From Acaryochloris marina S15 (GTDB taxonomy: Bacteria; Cyanobacteriota; Cyanobacteriia; Thermosynechococcales; Thermosynechococcaceae), in contig NZ_CP064923.1 in assembly GCF_018336915.1 (NCBI RefSeq), positions 2,670,001 through 2,702,000 of the forward strand: a stretch of 32,000 nt of DNA, given 5' to 3'. Made by a program: the position numbers and the translations under genes. The number at the start of each line of letters is the position of its first letter. Position 1 is the stretch's first letter. Below the pieces are notes generated by a model. The model was not told where the DNA came from and searched no databases. It saw only the letters and a list, made by a program, of their open reading frames with translations. Shown here piece by piece: positions 9,084-15,727 of this stretch.

Positions 9084-9766
9084 TTTTGGAGGTATGGCTC
9101 GAAACTCTCTTGAATCTGCTGGGCCACCACAGTATTGGGCTGCTGAGCTTCAATTCGAACAATCCGCTCTGGATGTTGGCAGGCTAAGTCGGTAAACCCC
9201 TGCCGCAGTCTTTGGTGGAAGGCAATCTCAGTAGCCTCCATTCGATCCGTTTCAATCTCTGGATCTTGTTCCCGGTTATGGGTTCGGGCCAGCCCAGATT
9301 CGGCATCTATATCTAACCAAAAGGTGAGGTCACTCTCCAAGTCTTGGGTGGCAATTTGATTGAGCTGGTGAATTAATGTTAGGTCTAATGCCCGACCATA
9401 TCCCTGATAGGCAATGGTGGAATCCGTATAGCGATCGCACAATACCAAAGACCCATGTTGTAAATGTGGCAGCAGACAACTTGACACATGTTGAGCTCGA
9501 TCCGCGGCAAACAGCAATAACTCAGCCCTTTCATCAATGGCCTCATTCCCGGTCGCCGTCACATCCAACAACAACTTGCGGATTCCTTTCCCTAAAATCG
9601 TTCCCCCCGGTTCTCGGGTCGTCAGAACGGGGGAGTAATCACCCTGAATATGCGCCTTAATCCGGTTGGTCCAGCCGCTCCATGACAACCACTCATTTAC
9701 CAAGTTGAGCTGAGTGGTTTTCCCCGCCCCTTCGCCACCTTCAAAAACAATAAATTTACCAAGCAT
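9071..9766 (-). CDS. tmk: thymidylate kinase
   Basis: FIVFEGGEGAGKTTQ P-loop, a TREPGGT segment, a DRY motif (LCDRYTDSTIAYQGYGR), and a typical length of 231 aa. Confidence 0.95.
   Translation of the reverse strand: MLGKFIVFEGGEGAGKTTQLNLVNEWLSWSGWTNRIKAHIQGDYSPVLTTREPGGTILGKGIRKLLLDVTATGNEAIDERAELLLFAADRAQHVSSCLLPHLQHGSLVLCDRYTDSTIAYQGYGRALDLTLIHQLNQIATQDLESDLTFWLDIDAESGLARTHNREQDPEIETDRMEATEIAFHQRLRQGFTDLACQHPERIVRIEAQQPNTVVAQQIQESFEPYLQKWYP
9431..9438. repeat. HIP1 copy (GCGATCGC)
   Basis: Exact octamer read in the sequence. Confidence 0.9.
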
Positions 9767-9814
9767 GCATCAGCCATTGAAGTCATGCTCTCTATCTTGC
9801 ACCGGAAATTGACA

Positions 9815-10060
9815 TTAAGCATCCGATTCAGGGTGACGATGCTGAAAATAAAGCTGCCGTGTCAGCTGTTGTCTCGCTTGAACGTACTCGGGTGAGTGTT
9901 CGACCCTGCTTCCACTCTGTTCAGTAATACAGGCATCTAGTTCATCATTAAGTTTGTCAATCAAGGCCAGGGCATCTTCATCTTCTAAATAAGTTTGCAA
10001 ATACAGCACAGCAATAATGTTATTGATATCTCGATTGGTCAAATTGACCCTACAATCCAT
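9815..10060 (-). CDS. hypothetical small acidic protein
   Basis: The ORF track gives 9815..10096 from a GTG. I prefer the ATG at 10060 (MDCRVNLTNRDINN...) because GGAGA lies 6 nt upstream of it. No family recognised. Confidence 0.45.
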   Translation of the reverse strand: MDCRVNLTNRDINNIIAVLYLQTYLEDEDALALIDKLNDELDACITEQSGSRVEHSPEYVQARQQLTRQLYFQHRHPESDA

Positions 10061-10797
10061 GTAGCTTCTCCTACGATGCGGTAAAGTTCCCCCCACACCA
10101 TTAGGTCAACATTCAAACTTGAGAAGACATGGAAATTCCAGTCAATCCTCATTCCAAATTGAAAAAACAATCGGAGAATGACCTATGTATCAGTTGATGT
10201 TTATTTTGAGTGACAGCAACCTGCGCCTCTCTTGAACTTAGCTACGGCAAATAGCTAAAGATAGAGATCAATGGCGATTAGTTGCATTTCCCCGCGACAA
10301 CTCAAAACAATGAACAATTGTATTTAGCTCATCCAAGATAGCTTATTAAATCTCTACCGTCACTATTTAATAGGTAGACGCAGATAGAGGAACCTGCTGT
10401 TGTCTAGATTTATCTGCCTAAATGGATAGGATGGGTGAGTCCTTCCCCACCCAATGGAATAGTCGTAACAATGGGTACACAGTGAGTTGAGAGAGAATAC
10501 GACGATGTCTCAACTTGTTTCCAGAGAAAATCTTCTAATTTAAATTAAGTAACGAGAAGTTAGCTTAACAAGCGTAAACCTTTTGAAGGTTATGTAAAAG
10601 TTCAGACGATTGCCCTGGGCTAATAAGTCTTTCAAGATGTCCCAGAGTCACAGGCTCGATTCAGGAGGGCTTTGAGCATTCGCAATATCTAATTCTGAGG
10701 GCATCGGGGCTTCCTGCCCGTCTGGCCATCTTCAGTAACTGACTGGGGACTAAGGGGGAGAATCGATCCCCACCTTAGACAGTGAGTGTCACAATAA

Positions 10798-11106
10798 ATG
10801 AGTACACTCAACTTGAATGCCCCAATGGCTATAAATAAAGCCCAAATACGACGACTTCATGCTCGAATTGCACCCATATGGTTCCTGCCCCTTATCCTTA
10901 CCTCTCTAAGTGGCTCTCTTTATCAAGTCGCCAATCTGAATAAAGCCAATAGTGATTTCTTTTGGCTACTCGATATCCATAAAGGAAACTTTGGCCCCCT
11001 CAAGCTAGAAGTCATTTATCCTTTTATCAATACCTTTGCCCTGCTGATGCTGGCAGTCACCGGCATCACTATGTGGCTGCAAACTCCTCGAAGAAAACGT
11101 TCATAA
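10798..11106 (+). CDS. small two-TM membrane protein, PepSY-associated-TM-helix-like
   Basis: 102 aa with two hydrophobic helices (IAPIWFLPLILTSLSGSLY and FALLMLAVTGITMWL) and an RRLHARI lead-in similar to PepSY_TM proteins. Its stop directly abuts the next gene (TAAATG at 11104-11109). Confidence 0.55.
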   Translation: MSTLNLNAPMAINKAQIRRLHARIAPIWFLPLILTSLSGSLYQVANLNKANSDFFWLLDIHKGNFGPLKLEVIYPFINTFALLMLAVTGITMWLQTPRRKRS

Positions 11107-11811
11107 ATGCGACCCACCGTCATCCTGCCGGGGTATCTGGCTTCGGCAACAGACTATCTAGATCTCCAACAGCAACTCAAGGTTTTAGGCACAGACACGA
11201 CTATTGTTCCCCTACAGCGTAAAGACTGGTTTCCCACCCTGGGTGGACGTCCCATCTCACCTATTTTGGAACAGCTAGATCGTACTGTTCATGAAGTTCT
11301 TGGACGCACCCAAGCCCCTCAAGTCAATATCGTCGGCCATTCAGCAGGGGGGTGGATCTCTCGGATCTATATGGGGGCAGAACCTTATTGTGATCAAGTT
11401 TGGCAAGCTCAGCCTAAAGTGCATACCCTGATTAGTCTGGGAACCCCACACACCAGCCAAGAATCATGGACCCAACGCAACCTCAATTTCGTGAATGATA
11501 ACTACCCTGGTGCTTTTCATCCTGAAGTGCAATACGTATGCGTTGCGGGTAAAGCCCTTTATGGCCAGCGTAGTTGGCGATTGGGGCAGTGGTTTACCTA
11601 TAGCAGTTATAAGGTCACTTGTGGTGAAGGTGAATGCTGGGGCGATGGGGTCACTCCAATCATGTCTGCCCATCTATCGGGTGCCCTCAATCTAACCATC
11701 GATCAGGTGTGGCATTCGCCGCATCCAACCCAAGCTGTTCCTAGAAATACAGACTATCAATGGTACGGATCACCAGAGGTGATTAAAGGTTGGAGTTCTT
11801 ATTTGGCATGA
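11107..11811 (+). CDS. alpha/beta-hydrolase (esterase/lipase-type) protein
   Basis: 234 aa with a nucleophile-elbow GHSAGG (VNIVGHSAGGWISRIY) and later conserved G.D..V and His positions. Translationally coupled to the upstream small membrane protein. Confidence 0.8.
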   Translation: MRPTVILPGYLASATDYLDLQQQLKVLGTDTTIVPLQRKDWFPTLGGRPISPILEQLDRTVHEVLGRTQAPQVNIVGHSAGGWISRIYMGAEPYCDQVWQAQPKVHTLISLGTPHTSQESWTQRNLNFVNDNYPGAFHPEVQYVCVAGKALYGQRSWRLGQWFTYSSYKVTCGEGECWGDGVTPIMSAHLSGALNLTIDQVWHSPHPTQAVPRNTDYQWYGSPEVIKGWSSYLA

Positions 11812-12021
11812 CCTGTCAATAGAGTCCTACCTACGCAATGGCATCCCTTATTGCTCTAAGTTCTGGGGACAATCTCCTTGAAGCCATGAACAGAAAATCT
11901 CGCCCAAATCTAATCGGTAGCTGGCCGATTAACCCCATTGAGGCAAGAGCTAATCGGCCACTGATGATTTTCTATAGAAGTCTCTATTTTCTATCTAGGG
12001 ACTCAAAAATTGAGGATAGAC

Positions 12022-12240
12022 TTAACGGGTAAAACTTAATCTCTTAGATCTGCGTAAATAGAACTTTGACAAAGTCAAAGGCCAATGAATAATTTGATGT
12101 TTTGAACGCTTTTTTTGAGTCAGATATTGATCTGATTTTGTAGAAGGGACTTCTATCCAACAATGGGGACAGAACCAGCTAACTCTATCAAAGTGGATTT
12201 GTCGTAGCAATGTATTCGAGCAGCATGGACAGTCAGTCAT
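12022..12240 (-). CDS. small zinc-ribbon protein (CPCC...CPHC)
   Basis: 72-aa ORF. The N-terminal MTDCPCCSNTLLRQIHFDRVSWFCPHCWIEVP carries two CxxC pairs. The C-terminal tail is basic and AT-rich and may be over-extended. Divergent from the protelomerase-like gene. Confidence 0.5.
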   Translation of the reverse strand: MTDCPCCSNTLLRQIHFDRVSWFCPHCWIEVPSTKSDQYLTQKKRSKHQIIHWPLTLSKFYLRRSKRLSFTR

Positions 12241-12452
12241 AAGCTTTGTGGAAATTATTGCTGGAAAGAATGATGCTGTTATGTGCTTACTTTAGGTTGC
12301 AATCATGAGGAAGTTGTGAGGGTAGCCTTAAACCTTCACGTCTGGGTATTGAGGAAAGCACTACTATCACTCGCTTTGCAAAAGTTTTATACCTAATGGG
12401 AAATCGACCAATAGGTGTGTAATAATCATCGCAATCTGGTACTTGCAATACT

Positions 12453-14579
12453 ATGCGCCGCTGGCTTAAAAAATTATATGATCACCCATTTTTGCCTGCG
12501 GTAGCTTCTTTAGGAAATACTCCTCAAGATCGCCAGATCGCAGAACAATGGTCGACTTGGATGAAGCAACAGTGGCATGACCATGGCCTAAAAGAGCTGA
12601 AACAGCAGCGCAATTTGATGACGGAGGTGCGGCAGGCACTCAAGCAGCAACTCGGTGAAGAGCATGTGGTCGTAGAGACCATGAATTTCTCACGGGATGA
12701 GTGGATTCAAATCAATTTATCGATTAATGATACGGTGGCAGCTCGCAACGAACAGCAGGGGCTGATTGAACAGCCCGATGCCATTGTCGATCGCGCCAAG
12801 ATGCTGCTAGATAGTCAGGATTGGTCAGAAGTCGCCGCTGGGCTAGCCGTAGTAACCGGACGTCGCTGTACGGAGCTATTACAAACCGCTGAATTTATCT
12901 TTTGCTCCCCCTATAGCGTTTGGTTTACTGGAGCACTGAAACGTCGAAAAGAGTCCATGGAGCTACGTTTTGAAATTCCTACCCTTGCTTCTGCTAAACA
13001 TGCGATCGCAGCCCTAGAGCTTCTCCGGCAACGAGTCAATACCGTGGGATTGGATCTAGAAACCATTAATCGCAAGTACAGTCCCCCCGTAGCCAAAGCC
13101 TGCGATCGGTATTTTGCCGAACTGATTCCCCAACGAGCCGGACGGGGCAATCTGTATACCCACCTATTTCGAACGATCTATGCTCGGATCTCTACCCATT
13201 GGTACGCTCCCCCCACTGTGGCGGATGTTGAATATATGGCTGCGATTCAAGGCCATTTTTTGATCCAGAAGGAGCAGGATACGACGCTCCGCCGATCCCT
13301 TGCCTCCACTCGCCACTACAATGACTACAAAATTGGTGACGGCCAGGGCAATATAGATGGTCGTCAAGGTATCCGACTACGAGATCCAGGGGTGCAGGTC
13401 CTGCAAGTGTTCCAAAGTGCCGCCCCTCAAATTGAACCAGAACCCCTCACTGAATGGGAAGAACAACCAATGATCCGACCTGTTAAACGTCAACACCAGC
13501 GCCCTAAGCGAGAAATTTCCACCCTAAGACTTTACCAAGATGAACGGGATCGGTGGCTCCAGGTGCTCGACCAGTTTGAGCCTCGTGGCACTCAACAAGA
13601 AAAGATGTCTGTGCTGCTGGAATGGCTAGAACAATCCCTAAAAGACGGGACTCCTATGAGTGAGACCCCAGATGATTTAGACCAGCTAGCCCACCTGTTT
13701 ATTGAGCCACTACAGCCCCTCAGAGACCCAGAGGCTATCCGAAACCTGTGCCAGCAAGAAATTTCTGACCTGGAGCAGGACTACTATCCAGAGGATTATT
13801 TGCCCCTGTATAAACGAGCGATCGCAGAAGCAATACGCTCGGGGCAGCTCCCCCTAATTGATGGAAAGACAGCAGAACGAACCAGCTATACCAAAGAGGG
13901 GGTCAACTATGAGCAGCGCACCCATTATGCTCTGTTATTTCTAGACGATCTGGATCATGAATTGGAAGCTCCCGCATCTGATACGCCTCAACAAGTTACA
14001 CCTATTAAATCGGACATTACACCTAAAATTGATTCAGCACCCAGTCAAGCCGACTCACCATCCACAACCGATCAAAAATTAGATACGTTAGCCACGGTAC
14101 TGACACAGCTAGTACAAGTGATGCAGGGAGATTCGGTAGCTCCTCAACCCACTCCAGAACTAGACACTGCGCAGAATAAAATGGCCCACAAGAATGGCCA
14201 TGCCTCATCTCAGCAGGCTAAATCTACAAAATCTTCAACAACAACGCCAGATCCAGAACCTTCTTCTCCCCAAAAGAGCGGCAGACGTTCAGGTAATACG
14301 TCTGCCGCTGCAGAAGCCAAAATCATCCAGGCCATTAACGCGATCATGGACTACAACAATGTTTCCACTCGAACCTTTGATGAAAAATGGATGATTAGCT
14401 CATCTATCCTCAAACGATTGACCAAGTCTTACCAAGGCGTGATTCAGCGGGTCCTAGATGCCCGCAAAGATGAAATTAAACTCCACCATCAGGCCCATGG
14501 TTTGAAAGGCCGTCATAATACTCGCCACGGTCGAGCTGGGATCACGATTGACCAAATAATTCAACTTGAGTTGGATTAA
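12453..14579 (+). CDS. protelomerase (telomere resolvase) family protein with a long low-complexity tail
   Basis: The core (aa approx 125-300) carries GLAVVTGRRCTELL, FTGALKRRKES, LYTHLFRTIYARIS and IQGH...TRHYNDY. Order and spacing match the motifs I remember from N15 TelN and phiKO2 TelK (..SGRRMIEI.., FSGQAKKRSED, SRAIYARIA, LGH...LHYKQF). See findings. Confidence 0.7.
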   Translation: MRRWLKKLYDHPFLPAVASLGNTPQDRQIAEQWSTWMKQQWHDHGLKELKQQRNLMTEVRQALKQQLGEEHVVVETMNFSRDEWIQINLSINDTVAARNEQQGLIEQPDAIVDRAKMLLDSQDWSEVAAGLAVVTGRRCTELLQTAEFIFCSPYSVWFTGALKRRKESMELRFEIPTLASAKHAIAALELLRQRVNTVGLDLETINRKYSPPVAKACDRYFAELIPQRAGRGNLYTHLFRTIYARISTHWYAPPTVADVEYMAAIQGHFLIQKEQDTTLRRSLASTRHYNDYKIGDGQGNIDGRQGIRLRDPGVQVLQVFQSAAPQIEPEPLTEWEEQPMIRPVKRQHQRPKREISTLRLYQDERDRWLQVLDQFEPRGTQQEKMSVLLEWLEQSLKDGTPMSETPDDLDQLAHLFIEPLQPLRDPEAIRNLCQQEISDLEQDYYPEDYLPLYKRAIAEAIRSGQLPLIDGKTAERTSYTKEGVNYEQRTHYALLFLDDLDHELEAPASDTPQQVTPIKSDITPKIDSAPSQADSPSTTDQKLDTLATVLTQLVQVMQGDSVAPQPTPELDTAQNKMAHKNGHASSQQAKSTKSSTTTPDPEPSSPQKSGRRSGNTSAAAEAKIIQAINAIMDYNNVSTRTFDEKWMISSSILKRLTKSYQGVIQRVLDARKDEIKLHHQAHGLKGRHNTRHGRAGITIDQIIQLELD
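13002..13009. repeat. HIP1 copy (GCGATCGC)
   Basis: Exact octamer read in the sequence, inside the protelomerase-like gene. Confidence 0.9.
13818..13825. repeat. HIP1 copy (GCGATCGC)
   Basis: Exact octamer read in the sequence, inside the protelomerase-like gene. Confidence 0.9.
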
Positions 14580-14655
14580 ATTACCAGTACTCGGATACAG
14601 AATGGGTTGTTCGTAAACCCAAAGATATTCGCTAAAGTACGGCTAGTAAACTTTT

Positions 14656-15321
14656 TTATAGAAAACCTTGCTGCTCGCCAAATTTCTTGACCACTGGCAT
14701 ACATCGTCTTTGAAAAAAACTACTCAGTGTAGAGATAGGCAGATCAAACTCCTGAGAAATTTGATCCCATTGCATATCAGAGAAGATGCGCTTCAACAAC
14801 AACACTTGGCAATTGGCATCAGGTCGATTGAGAATATGTAGCTCACGCAATTCTCCAGATGGATCTGTTTCCACCCAATGACGGGTCACTTCCAAAATAG
14901 GAGGGATATCTGGAGGAGCAGCAAGATTTGCCATAGTGTCACCAGCCTTATTAGTTCCAGTTGATGAGACAGGAGAACAAAATCTCGTATGATGCTGAGC
15001 CTTGTTGATCTGAAAGTCTCGTAAACGCCATTTAAGATACTGATTTAACCAGGTAATGATGCTGCTGCGTTCTGGGTCAAACTGCTTTCCGGTACCTGCT
15101 TCACATATATTCTGACAAAAATAAAGCCAAGTCAGTTGTAAGGCATCTTCATAATATGGAGTATGTTCATGCCAAAGCTTTTTCGATTTTTGGATAATCC
15201 TAATTATTTTTGATAAACATTGTTTTCTTTTATAGTGACCTGGAGGATATTGACGAGCTTCCAATAACAATGGCAGAACTTCTACGTCAATTGGATTTGA
15301 ATCTCGATCAGTGATATTCAT
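14656..15321 (-). CDS. sigma-70 family (ECF-like) RNA polymerase sigma factor-like protein
   Basis: 221 aa. The region-2-like segment is YYEDALQLTWLYFCQNI...FDPERSSIITWLNQYLKWRLRDF. The region-4 HTH-like segment is MQWDQISQEFDLPISTLSSFFQRRCMPVVKKF. AT-rich codon usage. Confidence 0.65.
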   Translation of the reverse strand: MNITDRDSNPIDVEVLPLLLEARQYPPGHYKRKQCLSKIIRIIQKSKKLWHEHTPYYEDALQLTWLYFCQNICEAGTGKQFDPERSSIITWLNQYLKWRLRDFQINKAQHHTRFCSPVSSTGTNKAGDTMANLAAPPDIPPILEVTRHWVETDPSGELRELHILNRPDANCQVLLLKRIFSDMQWDQISQEFDLPISTLSSFFQRRCMPVVKKFGEQQGFL

Positions 15322-15727
15322 ATGTCTTGCGTCGTCTAGAGAATAGCAAAGTCGAAAGCTATTAGTTCTTTACAAATTAATCACCCATAAAAATCCATCT
15401 TAAAAAAATTGCTGAAACACTTTAAGCACCTGAGGAGTCCTAAGCCCTCAAAACAACAAAACCATTTCCAGACCAAATCATGAAGTTACGACTAGTTCAC
15501 ATAACAACTGATAACTTGATGCTAGTAACGGCAAGCAACAAGTCCTTTATAATCGCAAAAAGCTATATGAGCAGAAGCTTCTAGAGTTAAAGGTAGCTCT
15601 CTAACCTATCAATTGCCATTAACTTTATTAGTGTTGTAATGGCCAGAAACCACCGCATCTAGATCTATGATTAACTTAGCAAGTTACATCTACCGTACCT
15701 ATCTTTTAGTGCATTCAACCTCGGCCT

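Noticed and set aside
11838-12032. 64-aa + strand ORF in the convergent spacer
   Set aside because: It is built on the inverted-repeat and palindrome region and has no start context or motifs. The region is more likely non-coding structured DNA or RNA.
14642-14648. GCTAGTA heptamer immediately outside both ends of the AT-rich sigma/NACHT block (14642-14648 and 18358-18364), a possible target-site duplication
   Set aside because: A shared 7-mer between two approx 100-bp junction windows is about as likely as not by chance. No longer att-like repeat surrounds either copy.
11812-14655. Search for a tel-like long palindrome next to the protelomerase-like gene
   Set aside because: I found only short palindromes: TTCTATAGAA of 10 bp at 11970, TTTGCAAA of 8 bp at 12375, and a weak GGGTT/AACCC hairpin at 14604-14620. 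Nothing approaches the 20-bp-plus perfect dyads used by known protelomerases. The longest perfect palindrome I saw in the window is the HIP1-centred 16-mer at 1401-1416, inside a coding region.
15480-15584. 34-codon ORF (MKLRLVHITTDNLMLVTASNK...) in the sigma/NACHT divergent spacer
   Set aside because: It is short, AT-rich and without a visible ribosome-binding site or other support. It cannot be distinguished from chance.
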